Part shown: in pieces, positions 18,774 to 28,615 of the stretch
Layout of the letters: every line of letters begins with the position of its first letter
Numbering within the stretch: the stretch's first letter is position 1
Source of the DNA: Halobacteria archaeon
GTDB lineage: Archaea; Halobacteriota; Halobacteria; Halobacteriales; Halorutilaceae
Assembly (NCBI GenBank): GCA_042218125.1
Contig: JBDGRN010000016.1
Location: 3,408 to 67,407, forward strand
Reading direction: 5' to 3'
Length of the DNA stretch: 64,000 bases
Program-made: the position numbers and the translations under genes
Notes under the pieces: model-generated
Told to the model about the DNA's origin: nothing
Seen by the model: the letters and a program-made list of their open reading frames with translations, nothing else
Database searches by the model: none

Positions 18774-20027
18774 ATGAGTGAGAGAAAAGTAAAGGCGCTC
18801 GAATGCAGGGAGTGCGGGAAGGAATACCCTCCCGAAATCCGGAATACGTGCGAGATATGTTTCGGTCCCCTGGAGGTCAAGTACAACTGGGACGCGATAG
18901 ACGTCACACGGAGGGACATCGAGTCCCGAAGGCCGACGATGTGGAGGTACGTCGACCTTCTACCCGTCGAGGACCGATCGAGCGTTGTCGAGATGGGTAC
19001 GGGATACAACCATCTCTACGAGGCTGAAAACCTCGCGGACGAGCTCGGAATTTCGGAGCTACATATACTCAACGACAGCGTTAACCCTTCGTTCAGCTTC
19101 AAGGACCGCGTCACTGGCGTCGCGATTGCCCGGGCACAGGACTTCGATGTCGACGCCGTAGGATGTGCTTCCACCGGGAACCTGGCAGCGAGCGTCGCAT
19201 CACACGCAGCCAAGGCAGATCTACCCGCCTACATCTTTCTGCCCGACTCTATCGAGGAAAGCAAGATAACGCAGACGCTCGCCTACGACCCGGAAATCGT
19301 GCCAGTTACCGGGAACTACGACGACGCAAACAGGCTCGCCAGCGAGGTTGCGGACGAGAACGACTACGGCTTCGTAAACATCAACCTCCGTCCCTACTAC
19401 ACGGAAGGTTCTTGCACCATGGCTTACGAAGTCGCCGAACAGCTAGGATGGAGGACGCCCGACCACGTCGTACATCCGATGGCTGCTGGCGCAAGCCTCC
19501 TGTCGGTGCAGAAGGGATTCAGGATGCTCGAAAAAGCCGGGCTGGTCGACGATGCCGACGTAAGGATGAGCGGAAGCCAGCCCGAGGAGTTCCCGATAAC
19601 GCGGGCGGTACGTGACGATGAGAACGTCACGCCTATAGACGACTACGACACCCTCGCGCACAGCCTCGCGATAGGGAATCCGGCGGACGGGTTCTACGCC
19701 AAGGACGCGATACTCGACTCCGGAGGATACGCGGCCGACCCAGATGACGACGCGATCATCGAGGGTGTCAAGCTTCTCGCCCGAACCGAGGGCATCTTCA
19801 CCGAACCCGCGGGCGGCACCACGATAGCGGGTCTGAAACAGTTGGTGGAGGAGGGACACGTCGAGGAGGACGAATCGGTAGTCGTGAACATCACGGGCAA
19901 CGGACTCAAGGCAGAGGAAACCCTCGGTGAGTACGTCGATGCACCCGAAAGCATAGACGCCTCCCTCAAGGAGTTCAGGAACAGGGACGAAAAGGGTAGA
20001 GAGACAAAAACACTGGTGGCAGACTGA
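18774..20027 (+). CDS. thrC: Threonine synthase (fold-type II PLP enzyme) with N-terminal zinc ribbon
   Basis: N-terminal CRECGKEY...CEICFGPLEV, PLP-lysine motif SFSFKDR, 417 aa. Confidence 0.8.
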   Translation: MSERKVKALECRECGKEYPPEIRNTCEICFGPLEVKYNWDAIDVTRRDIESRRPTMWRYVDLLPVEDRSSVVEMGTGYNHLYEAENLADELGISELHILNDSVNPSFSFKDRVTGVAIARAQDFDVDAVGCASTGNLAASVASHAAKADLPAYIFLPDSIEESKITQTLAYDPEIVPVTGNYDDANRLASEVADENDYGFVNINLRPYYTEGSCTMAYEVAEQLGWRTPDHVVHPMAAGASLLSVQKGFRMLEKAGLVDDADVRMSGSQPEEFPITRAVRDDENVTPIDDYDTLAHSLAIGNPADGFYAKDAILDSGGYAADPDDDAIIEGVKLLARTEGIFTEPAGGTTIAGLKQLVEEGHVEEDESVVVNITGNGLKAEETLGEYVDAPESIDASLKEFRNRDEKGRETKTLVAD

Positions 20028-20038
20028 GGTGAACGGAT

Positions 20039-20308
20039 ATGGTAGAAATACGGTTTTCGAGCGCACTTGAACGCGTAACAGACGAACGGACGACCGAGGT
20101 GGATGCAGAGACGGTGTCGGATGCGATAGATGAACTACGTGAACAGTACGGTAGCGATTTCGAGGAACGGTTGATCGAGGACGGCGAACTCAGGAGATTC
20201 GTCAACCTCTATGTCAACGGTGAGGACGTCAGGCACGGCGAGGGCCTCGAAACGACGGTTAACGGTGACGACGAGATATCTATACTTCCGGCTGTAAGCG
20301 GCGGATAG
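20039..20308 (+). CDS. MoaD/ThiS-family ubiquitin-like small protein (SAMP-like), C-terminal GG
   Basis: 89 aa ending ...DDEISILPAVSGG. A strong SD-like GAGGTGA lies 7 nt upstream of the ATG and 11 nt after the thrC stop. Confidence 0.85.
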   Translation: MVEIRFSSALERVTDERTTEVDAETVSDAIDELREQYGSDFEERLIEDGELRRFVNLYVNGEDVRHGEGLETTVNGDDEISILPAVSGG

Positions 20309-20539
20309 AATACAGGGATAATTTAGGTACTGGGTTTCCGAGGCAGTTTTTTAAGATTTCAGTATTCGATCCCGGGAAATACTTTTTAATTTATTCTGCT
20401 TTGATCTGTTAGAAATGTTGGTTGGATGAGGGGCCGTAGATGCCGGTTTACAAGTTAGGGATACAGAGAAACCCTACTTGTCGGGTAGAACTCCGGTCTA
20501 AACAGAACGTGAACGTATTCGGATAATGGGTATATTCAG

Positions 20540-21721
20540 ATGAGAGAAAGAAAAGCCATGGACGGGTTAAAAAAGTCCCGTATACGGAAGGGTAGAAGAG
20601 ATTTCCTGAAAGGGATGGCTGCGGTGGCGGGAGTTTCGGGGTTGGCGGGATGTCAGGCAGTCAGGAGAACCAGCAACAGTACTTTGAAGGGGAGGGTGGT
20701 GAAGGGACCCGATATGGAGGTTATAAAAGGAAGGGTCGAGGTCCGGGACGGCAAGATAGACGAAGTTGTGGAGGAGGGTGTGGAGTCCGACGACATTATA
20801 CTCCCATCGTTCGTGAACACCCATACGCATATCACGGATTCAGTCGCCAAGGAACGTGCGAGAAACTACAACTGGACCGAACTTTTTGTTTCTCCGGATA
20901 AAAAGCACGAGTTTATCAGGGAACACACTCGCCACGAGAGGAGATCAGCTATGAAGGGTACGATGGAGTACATGAATGAGGGTGGGACTGCCGCCTTCGT
21001 AGACTTTACCGAGATGGGGGTCGCCGGCGTCTCAGACTTAAAACATGCGTCTAACGGGACTGAACTTGAACCTTTTCCACTACTCACAAAACCGGATCTC
21101 CAGGGCTACAAAGATCTGGCATCAGAGATACAGAAAGCCTCGGGATTCACTGACTACTACCCGTACGATGAAGTTACAGTCAGGGGTGCAGAGATTTGTC
21201 GGGAGGAAGGGTTGCTGTTCCCTCTCCATGCCGGAGAATCTTCCACCCAGGATATTGACGCCGCCTTTGAACTCGATCCAACCTACCTGGTTCATATGGT
21301 ACAGGCACGGGGGAAGGACTTCGAAAAACTCGATAAAACCGGTATCCCCGTCTCGGTCGCCCCCCGATCCAACCTGGTTATACTTGGGGAGAAACCTCCG
21401 ATGGAACGTCTCGACGGGGTTACGACGGTGGCACTCGGCACCGACAACGTTATGCTTAACAGTCCCTCGATGTGGAGGGAGATGGAGTTCACCAGCAAGC
21501 TCTACGATCTACCACCGGAAAAGGTTCTACGTATGGCGACTGCGAACGCTGCCGAACTCGCCGGTATTTCGGACAGGATGGGCACCATCGAGGAGGGTAA
21601 GGAAGCCAAAATAACAGTTCTTTCGGGTACCGGCGAACTACTGGATCTACCGATGGAGGAAACAGTTGCCGGCATTACCCGAAGGGCCACCGGCAGGGAG
21701 GTTAAACAGGTAATAAGGTAA
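20540..21721 (+). CDS. Metal-dependent amidohydrolase-family protein exported as a Tat lipoprotein
   Basis: Twin-arginine motif RRDFLKG plus lipobox LAGC, and the amidohydrolase HxH motif SFVNTHTHITDS. Confidence 0.75.
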   Translation: MRERKAMDGLKKSRIRKGRRDFLKGMAAVAGVSGLAGCQAVRRTSNSTLKGRVVKGPDMEVIKGRVEVRDGKIDEVVEEGVESDDIILPSFVNTHTHITDSVAKERARNYNWTELFVSPDKKHEFIREHTRHERRSAMKGTMEYMNEGGTAAFVDFTEMGVAGVSDLKHASNGTELEPFPLLTKPDLQGYKDLASEIQKASGFTDYYPYDEVTVRGAEICREEGLLFPLHAGESSTQDIDAAFELDPTYLVHMVQARGKDFEKLDKTGIPVSVAPRSNLVILGEKPPMERLDGVTTVALGTDNVMLNSPSMWREMEFTSKLYDLPPEKVLRMATANAAELAGISDRMGTIEEGKEAKITVLSGTGELLDLPMEETVAGITRRATGREVKQVIR

Positions 21722-21838
21722 ACGTCCTACGAACGCACTCTTTCCAACATAATTCATCTTTCCTTGGTCTGATCATTCTTTCCATGAGGGTTCGAACTCC
21801 TCGGTCCTGTCCTCTGTTTTCTGTCCGCATCCGGTTAC

Positions 21839-22492
21839 CTAGTTGGAACCCATCTCGGACCTCAAGTCTTTGATGTTTTCGGGGTCTCCGAGCTTCCCGG
21901 CCTCGAGATCTGCTTCGGTTTCTTCGGTTCCGAAACCCGCCGTAAGAACCCTCGTAAGGGCACTCTCGACACCCTCGTTTGTATCCATTATATGCTTGGA
22001 TTCGATCTCGAGAACGTATCCCGACGTGACGTTCGGCGATGTGGGGACGAAGACGATCTCTCGACCATCCTCTGTTTTATTTCCGGTTAGAAAACCCGTA
22101 ACTCTCACCCCATCCATCACCTCTATCTTGATCGGTTTCTGGAACTCGCCAGTATCCCCCAGGAGGGTTTCGAAAGCCATACTGGTTGCGTTGTAGATCA
22201 GGCGGATTCCCGGTATGGAGTTCGCGAGCGAGTCCATCCTGTCCTGGACGACGATGCCCCCTGCACCCTTGACGAGTCTACCGAACACCGCCAGGACTCC
22301 GAGGGTTAAACCCACGGTGAAAAAGAACTTGATTATGTTGTCGAATACCGGGTTACCCGTGATGTTTAACAGGCTTAACCCGGGAAGATTTACAATCAGG
22401 CTGTAGAGCCAGTAAAGAACGTATACGGTAGCGACTACCGGTGCTAGTGCAATGATGCCGCTTATCAGATCCTTCTTCAGTTCGTCGTCCAC
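21839..22492 (-). CDS. DUF502-family membrane protein
   Basis: Two N-terminal TM helices followed by a soluble domain with the IVFVPTSPNVTSGYVL signature typical of DUF502. Confidence 0.7.
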   Translation of the reverse strand: MDDELKKDLISGIIALAPVVATVYVLYWLYSLIVNLPGLSLLNITGNPVFDNIIKFFFTVGLTLGVLAVFGRLVKGAGGIVVQDRMDSLANSIPGIRLIYNATSMAFETLLGDTGEFQKPIKIEVMDGVRVTGFLTGNKTEDGREIVFVPTSPNVTSGYVLEIESKHIMDTNEGVESALTRVLTAGFGTEETEADLEAGKLGDPENIKDLRSEMGSN

Positions 22493-22560
22493 TTTTGCGT
22501 CACCAGAACTTTACGTGATGCGTATTTAAAGATTTCTTGTTTTTAAACAGTATTTCCGGA

Positions 22561-23352
22561 TCAGTTCTGCCTGAGCGTATCCTCCTTTTCAGCTTTCTCC
22601 AACGTCTCGTCCTCCAGGCGGGTGGCGACCGCCGCGGGTTTGTAGAACGTTTCGCCGAAACCAGTTACGGAAGACTCGACGTACCGTTGCATCACCCTTC
22701 TTTCGGCGGGGACCTTTCCGTAAACGACCTCCTCCTTCACGAAGTCGTATACCGGAATCGATGGGTTGAGGAGGGTGTTCTCAGCTATAACGGAGCCCTC
22801 CTTCACGACAAATCCGCTGGTAATTCTACATCCGCCGCCCACGCTGACTCTGTCCTCCAGAACGACGGGTGCATCTTCCACGGGTTCGAGAACTCCACCC
22901 ACGAGAGTGTTGCCGCCGAGCTTGACGTCGCTGCCTATCTGTGCGCAGCTTCCGACGGTGTCGCAGGAGTCCACCATGGTGCCGTCGTCGACGTAGGCAC
23001 CGACGTTGACGAAACAAGGAGACATCAGGATCACCGAGTCACCGATGTAACACCCATCCCTAACCACGGTTCCGTCAGGCGTGTTTCTCGTACCTTTTTC
23101 AAGAAAGTCGGTCGTGTCCCTCAGCTCGAACTTATCATGGTAGTCCACGTCTCCGTAGGGCAAAACACGGTTGTTCCGTACCTTGAAGTTGAGAAGTATA
23201 CCCTCCTTTACCCATTTGTTAGCCCTCCATTCGCCATCTGTTTTTTCGGCGGCACGTATCTCGCCTGAGTTGAGCGCTTCTAAAAAATCGTCGAGCAACG
23301 AAACCGCCGCCTCACCTTCATCTACCGCGTCCTTAACTTCTTCTTCGAGCAT
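22561..23352 (-). CDS. dapD: 2,3,4,5-tetrahydropyridine-2,6-dicarboxylate N-acyltransferase (left-handed beta-helix)
   Basis: Hexapeptide-repeat region (VGAYVDDGTMVDS...IGSDVKLGGNTLVGGVLEP...VLEDRVSVGGGCRI) with a DapD-like N-terminal domain. Confidence 0.75.
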   Translation of the reverse strand: MLEEEVKDAVDEGEAAVSLLDDFLEALNSGEIRAAEKTDGEWRANKWVKEGILLNFKVRNNRVLPYGDVDYHDKFELRDTTDFLEKGTRNTPDGTVVRDGCYIGDSVILMSPCFVNVGAYVDDGTMVDSCDTVGSCAQIGSDVKLGGNTLVGGVLEPVEDAPVVLEDRVSVGGGCRITSGFVVKEGSVIAENTLLNPSIPVYDFVKEEVVYGKVPAERRVMQRYVESSVTGFGETFYKPAAVATRLEDETLEKAEKEDTLRQN

Positions 23353-23501
23353 ACTTCGACTTCGTACATATAGAATAAATGGATACCGAAGTCTTTGGAG
23401 AATAGAGAACCGGTGTTGTGGCTATTTCAAGTTTAAACCGTCTCTTCCATCCTCGTTAGCTGTCTCTCGTGTGTTATGTTGAGCTGTCTCTCCTATACTC
23501 G

Positions 23502-24308
23502 TTATGCTGTCTTTTCCATGTAACGAAGCTCATCCACCGTCTCCTCGATGCCGTCGGCAGCCCAATCGAACAGGATTGAGTTTAGGTCGTACTCGTCCTG
23601 TATACCACGTATCCAGCTGTAGTCGCTGAACATCGTTTCCTGGAACCTCCTGACGTCCTCGCTGAGGACCTCGGCGTTTCCGGTGAAGTAGTAGAGGCTC
23701 TGGTTCCGGGTCTTCTCCACGAGATCGGTATTGACATCTATCCCCATCTTCTGTGCGACCCAGCTGTACCACTCGGTATGGAGGACGCTGTCACCCAGAA
23801 TTACGTGGTCGGTGAAGCCGTCGACGTAGCTTCTCGGATCGCTGCCTTCGACCAGCACCTCTCCCGGTAGAGTGAACTCCGGAGTACCGAAACACTGTCT
23901 TACCTCGGGGTAGGCGTAAAAGAAGTTACGGGATTTCTGTTTCTTCCCCCCGAACTCGACGGTGTCGGTGTAGATACCCGCCAGCCTCAGGAGCTTACGT
24001 CTGAGTCCGTGTTCGAGCCCCCGCATAAGGAGTCTGTAGCCCCGTGGAAACCATCTCCCGAGCGGTCTCCAGTACTCGGCGTCGCCGATCAGGACTGCAC
24101 CGATCAGTCTGGCCGTTTCGGGATCTACTTCCGTGTCCCCGTTCTTCATGGCGTGGTATCCGCACTCGATGGTTCCTTGAAGGTCGCCTACCCTCCATCC
24201 CATGTCGCGGGAGACATCCAGAACGTAGTCGGCGCCGTACCGGAAGTACTCGGCGGCATCCTCGGGTTCACGGAAAACCTCCTTTCCAAGAAGTTCTGCA
24301 GCAGTCAT
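23502..24308 (-). CDS. Hypothetical protein (268 aa)
   Basis: A long ORF with acidic, proteome-like composition. I recognise no secure family assignment. Confidence 0.55.
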   Translation of the reverse strand: MTAAELLGKEVFREPEDAAEYFRYGADYVLDVSRDMGWRVGDLQGTIECGYHAMKNGDTEVDPETARLIGAVLIGDAEYWRPLGRWFPRGYRLLMRGLEHGLRRKLLRLAGIYTDTVEFGGKKQKSRNFFYAYPEVRQCFGTPEFTLPGEVLVEGSDPRSYVDGFTDHVILGDSVLHTEWYSWVAQKMGIDVNTDLVEKTRNQSLYYFTGNAEVLSEDVRRFQETMFSDYSWIRGIQDEYDLNSILFDWAADGIEETVDELRYMEKTA

Positions 24309-24403
24309 ATGGATACGTCATGTTATGGGAACCGCGTTACAATTTCTTTCGGTAACCGTCTACTTCTTTGACCGATCTGCTGGTAACCTTACAGGTGGTT
24401 CGG

Positions 24404-24697
24404 TTAACGGTCGTCGTTCCTGAACTCCTTCGTTTTCTCATGAGCAGTCTTGTCAGGATCTTTTCCCATTAAATCACTGGACTCCATTGCATCTTCACCG
24501 TAGGCCTCGTCGGGTATATCGTCTATACCGTAATCCTCCTTTTCTTCGGGGCTTGGCGACCGTAGCATGAACCAGGCAGACGCCAGTAGACCGAGAACCG
24601 CTAACCCTCCTATAATGTACATACCATCGAAAACTGCTGTCAATGGGAAGAAAAGGAGAACCAGGAGACCGATTACGATGTAAAGCTTCTTCCTCAA
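24404..24697 (-). CDS. Small membrane protein with acidic C-terminal tail
   Basis: 97 aa with two TM helices followed by a D/E-rich tail. Confidence 0.5.
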   Translation of the reverse strand: MRKKLYIVIGLLVLLFFPLTAVFDGMYIIGGLAVLGLLASAWFMLRSPSPEEKEDYGIDDIPDEAYGEDAMESSDLMGKDPDKTAHEKTKEFRNDDR

Positions 24698-24940
24698 GGC
24701 TATAAACTAAACAAGACGGGGATCAAGTTATTTGTTCCTACGGTTTGGAACTGACCTCCTCACGTGGAAACGGCAGATTCGGATGAGACCTTAACTTCGA
24801 TAGCGGAGTTCCAGTCTTGAAGAGACGAATAGTTGCATCCTATGCATTTTTGCCGTTGTTCCAGCCCCCTCAAAATGTCCATCTTTACTATGTTAAACAC
24901 ATGTATAGTTTATTGTGCTCCGGATCCATTCTGTAGACGT

Positions 24941-25744
24941 ATGCCGAGTCTGAATGACCTGGGGTTATCCGAGTACGAAGCGAAGGTCTACAAGGCACTC
25001 CTGCGGTCCGGTACTGCGACGGCGAAGGACATGTCCAGGGGAGCCGAGGTTCCGATGGGGAGGGTTTACGACGTCCTGGGGAGTCTGGAGAAACATAGTC
25101 TTATACGGAGCCAGACGGCGAGTAGGCCAAAGAAGTACGTAGCGGTGGAACCCGAAACTGCCATAGAGAAGCTGGTGGAGGACAAACAGAGGAAGATCGA
25201 GAAGGAGAAGACGCGGTACGAGGAGATTGCCGACGATCTCGAAGACCAGCTAGACGCTAACAAGTCTATAGAGGAGAGGTTCTGGACCGCCGCTGTAGGT
25301 CCGGAGGAGAGCATCGAACTGCTGGTAGAGAGGCTTGACAGCGCCCAGGACACGATAGAGATGGTAACAGGTTCGCTGTCGCCGCAGTTCGATCCCGACC
25401 GTGTCGGTGACCTTGTTCTCGGTAAGATAGTCGACGCCGTAGAATCCGGCGTTGATGTCAAACTGATCGTAGATACTGAGTTGCTGTGGAGGTTCGGTGC
25501 CGACGTAAGGGAGAGGTACGAGGACGTCCTGTCCGAAAACCAAAACTTCGAGATACGGATGGACGAGGGAATCTTGGGTACGTTCAACCTGATAGACAAC
25601 CTGGAGATATGTATCGAGGTGACGAACCCCCTCGATCCGAACCAGGTCCTCGCCATGATCGATCTCAAAGATCCAGAGTTCTCAGAAGCCGTCAGCCAGG
25701 AGTTCGACGGGAGATGGGAGGCCGCCGACCGATTGAGTTTCTAA
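24941..25744 (+). CDS. TrmB-family transcriptional regulator
   Basis: N-terminal wHTH LGLSEYEAKVYKALLRSGTATAKDMSRGAEVPMGRVYDVLGSLEKHSLI, then a coiled coil and a TrmB C-terminal domain. The start was chosen at MPSLNDLGL (ATG 24941). Confidence 0.85.
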   Translation: MPSLNDLGLSEYEAKVYKALLRSGTATAKDMSRGAEVPMGRVYDVLGSLEKHSLIRSQTASRPKKYVAVEPETAIEKLVEDKQRKIEKEKTRYEEIADDLEDQLDANKSIEERFWTAAVGPEESIELLVERLDSAQDTIEMVTGSLSPQFDPDRVGDLVLGKIVDAVESGVDVKLIVDTELLWRFGADVRERYEDVLSENQNFEIRMDEGILGTFNLIDNLEICIEVTNPLDPNQVLAMIDLKDPEFSEAVSQEFDGRWEAADRLSF

Positions 25745-25842
25745 ATAACGTCAGCGAGAGTTCCACGGGTCACCCGACCCGTGGATGTTTACAACAGTAG
25801 TATACCCCTAGATTCGAACCGCAGTTTGGGGATGTGGTTTAT

Positions 25843-26997
25843 CTAGAAGCCCTTGCCGAGAATCTCTCTCGCGATGATGTTCTTCTGTATTTCGGTGGTT
25901 CCCTCGTATATCTGCATGATCTTTGCGTCACGGTAGAACCTCTCGACATCGAAGTCATTGACGTATCCCGAACCGCCGTGTATCTGTACGGCTTCGTCCG
26001 CAACTTCGACCGCGACGCGTGAGGCGTACTCCTTCGCCATCGACGCGAGGGCAGTAAGCTGGTCGTCCTCGTTCTCTATGCTCCAGGCGCTCTTGTACGT
26101 AAGCTGTCGCGCCGCCTCAGTCTGGGTCGCCATGTCGGCTAGTTTGTGCTGTATCGCCTGGAACTCGCTGATCGACTGGCCGAACTGCTCCCTCTGTTTG
26201 GCGTACTCGAGCGCACGTTCGTAGGCTCCCTTGGCGACACCGACGGCTTGGGCAGCGACCATCGTCCTGGTTTCGTCGAAGAACTGCATTAGCTGTAGGA
26301 AACCCGCCCCACGTGTGCCGACCAGGTTCTCCTCTGGGACACGGACGTCGTCGAATATAAGTTCGGCTGTGTCACTGGCACGTACACCCATCTTGCCGGT
26401 GATCTTGTCTGCCTCGAATCCGTCGCGGTCGGCTTCGACGATGATCTGGCTGAACCCGCTGTAACGGTCGGAGGCGTCGGGATCGGTGTTGCAGACCACG
26501 ACGAAGAAGTCGCCGATGCTGCCGTTAGTGATCCACATCTTGTTGCCGTTGATTACCCATTCGTCACCATCCTTCTCCGCCGTCGTTGATATGGCGGATA
26601 CGTCGCTGCCGACGTCTGGTTCGCTTATCGCGGTACCCATAATGGCGTCGCCCGCAGCGATGGGTTCGAGGTACTCCTCCTTCTGGTCCTCAGTACCGAA
26701 CTCCATGATTGCGTCGCTGCCGAACGACGTGCTAACGATACATAGAGCGATACCGGGATCGATGGCGAAAAGCTCCTCGACCATCACTGCAAGCGAGACG
26801 GGGTCGTAGTCCGCGCCACCGTACTCGAGCGGGATGTTTGCGCCGAAGAGACCCATCTTCTGCGCTTCCTCCATTACTTCCCAGGGATACTTCTCCTCCT
26901 CGTCGTACTCGGTAGCTACTGGCTCTATCTCGTTCTCGCCGAACCTCTGTACCTCTTCCTTCAGGGCTTTCTGTTCGTCTGTTAGAGAATAATCCAT
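25843..26997 (-). CDS. Acyl-CoA dehydrogenase
   Basis: 384 aa, with the C-terminal signature IHGGSGYVNDFDVERFYRDAKIMQIYEGTTEIQ. Confidence 0.9.
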   Translation of the reverse strand: MDYSLTDEQKALKEEVQRFGENEIEPVATEYDEEEKYPWEVMEEAQKMGLFGANIPLEYGGADYDPVSLAVMVEELFAIDPGIALCIVSTSFGSDAIMEFGTEDQKEEYLEPIAAGDAIMGTAISEPDVGSDVSAISTTAEKDGDEWVINGNKMWITNGSIGDFFVVVCNTDPDASDRYSGFSQIIVEADRDGFEADKITGKMGVRASDTAELIFDDVRVPEENLVGTRGAGFLQLMQFFDETRTMVAAQAVGVAKGAYERALEYAKQREQFGQSISEFQAIQHKLADMATQTEAARQLTYKSAWSIENEDDQLTALASMAKEYASRVAVEVADEAVQIHGGSGYVNDFDVERFYRDAKIMQIYEGTTEIQKNIIAREILGKGF

Positions 26998-27226
26998 ACG
27001 TTGTTTCCAACCTGCACGGGGCCTTACATAAAAAACCTGATTTCACCGACTGGAAACATTTTTAAAGTTCTTTTGAGTTTGTCTCTTTCTTTAGTTGTTA
27101 AACTCCAGTTAACAGCTATTTTGGTGGATATTTTGGGGTTTTGTCGCCCGCTGTTTGTTAAGTTTTTCCGGTTTCCACCATCGTTTCAGCAAATGAGTTC
27201 GTGTAAGTTGGGAAAGTGATTATTGC

Positions 27227-27298
27227 GTTTGTTGGAACGGTGGATTTGTGTTTGTTGAAATGGGGGGAGTTGTATTTGTTAGGATGGTGGGTTTGTGT
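27227..27298. repeat. Degenerate tandem repeat, about 24-bp GT-rich unit, 3 copies
   Basis: GTTTGTTGGAACGGTGGATTTGT / GTTTGTTGAAATGGGGGGAGTTGTA / TTTGTTAGGATGGTGGGTTTGT, in the divergent spacer between the two acyl-CoA dehydrogenase genes. Confidence 0.75.
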
Positions 27299-27392
27299 TA
27301 GTTAAGGAACTCCGTTTCCGCCGTCCTCCACAGTCTTTGTTGAATTAACCGGGAAACGCAGGAGTTTAGGACGGAAGAAACCTGTTTTAGCC

Positions 27393-28559
27393 ATGGACTT
27401 CACGGAACCCGACTGGTACAGGATGATAGAACGTACCGCGACCGAGATCGCGGAGGAGTACGACCAGGAGTACTGGCGCGAGAAAGAGGAGGCCGGCGAG
27501 TTCGCCGACGGGTTCTGGGACGCCCTGACGGAGGCGGACTTCAACGGACTGCTCGTACCCGGAGAGTACGGCGGCGCCGGGATGGGTATGCAGGAGATGG
27601 GTGTCGCGATGGAGACTCTATGTCGGGAGGGATGCGGTATGGCGGGCACGTGGTATCTCGTGCTCTCCGCCACGATGGCGACGACGGGAATAAAGAAGAA
27701 CGGGTCGGAGAGACAGAAGGAGAAGTATCTCCCCGAAATCGCGGACGGCGAGTCCAAGTTCTGTATAGGTATCACGGAACCCGAGGCGGGTACGAACACC
27801 TTGAACGTCGACACGTACGCCGAAAGGGACGGCGACGAGTTCGTAATAAACGGCAAGAAATGCTGGATCACGTTCAGCGACATTGCTGACTACATCGTTC
27901 TCGTCACCCGGACAACTCCGAAGTCGGACGTCGACCGGCCAACGGAGGGACTTACTTTATTCGTAGTTCCCATGGACCAGGACGGGATCGATGTCAGCCC
28001 CATACCTAAACACGGCATGAACTACTCCAACTCCTGCGAGGTTTTCTTTGAGGACGTCGCGGTCAGCGAGGACGCCGTGTTAGGAGAGGAAGGTGACGGA
28101 TGGTGGGCGTTGGTCGACACCCTGAACCCCGAGAGGATAGCTTTCTCGGCAGCAGCAACCGGTATCGGTAAACTCGCCGCGAACAGCGCGATACAGTACA
28201 GCATCGACCGGGAGGTATTCCAGGGACCGATAGGTCAGTACCAGTCGATACAGTTCCCGATAGCAGAGGCGTACAGCCAGATGGAGACCGCTACACTGAT
28301 GCGGGAGAAGGCGGCCTGGCTGTACGACAACGACCGTTCCTGCGGATACGAAACCAACGTAGCGAAGTCAGTCGCCGTCGAGGCGGGAATCGACGCAGTC
28401 TACCACTCTATGCAGGCTTTCGGCGGATGGGGTTACGCCAAGGAGTACGACGTAGAGAGATGGTGGAGGGAGATCAACCTGACGCGTCTCGCTCCCGTCA
28501 CACAGCAGATGGCCTACAACCACATATCCCAGGAACTCGGGTTCCCTAAAAGCTACTGA
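27393..28559 (+). CDS. Acyl-CoA dehydrogenase
   Basis: 388 aa ACAD fold with C-terminal FGGWGYAKEYDVERWWREINLTRLAPVTQQM. Confidence 0.9.
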   Translation: MDFTEPDWYRMIERTATEIAEEYDQEYWREKEEAGEFADGFWDALTEADFNGLLVPGEYGGAGMGMQEMGVAMETLCREGCGMAGTWYLVLSATMATTGIKKNGSERQKEKYLPEIADGESKFCIGITEPEAGTNTLNVDTYAERDGDEFVINGKKCWITFSDIADYIVLVTRTTPKSDVDRPTEGLTLFVVPMDQDGIDVSPIPKHGMNYSNSCEVFFEDVAVSEDAVLGEEGDGWWALVDTLNPERIAFSAAATGIGKLAANSAIQYSIDREVFQGPIGQYQSIQFPIAEAYSQMETATLMREKAAWLYDNDRSCGYETNVAKSVAVEAGIDAVYHSMQAFGGWGYAKEYDVERWWREINLTRLAPVTQQMAYNHISQELGFPKSY

Positions 28560-28615
28560 ACTATCTAAATACCGTGAGTTCAGGATCTCGAGTACGTCAA
28601 ACCCAAATTACAAAA

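Noticed and set aside
20450-20481. 10-bp stem-loop (ACAAGTTAGGG-loop-CCCTACTTGT) upstream of the amidohydrolase gene, considered as a riboswitch or ncRNA.
   Set aside because: It is an isolated hairpin resembling no RNA family I know. Without covariation or expression data it is not reportable as a feature.
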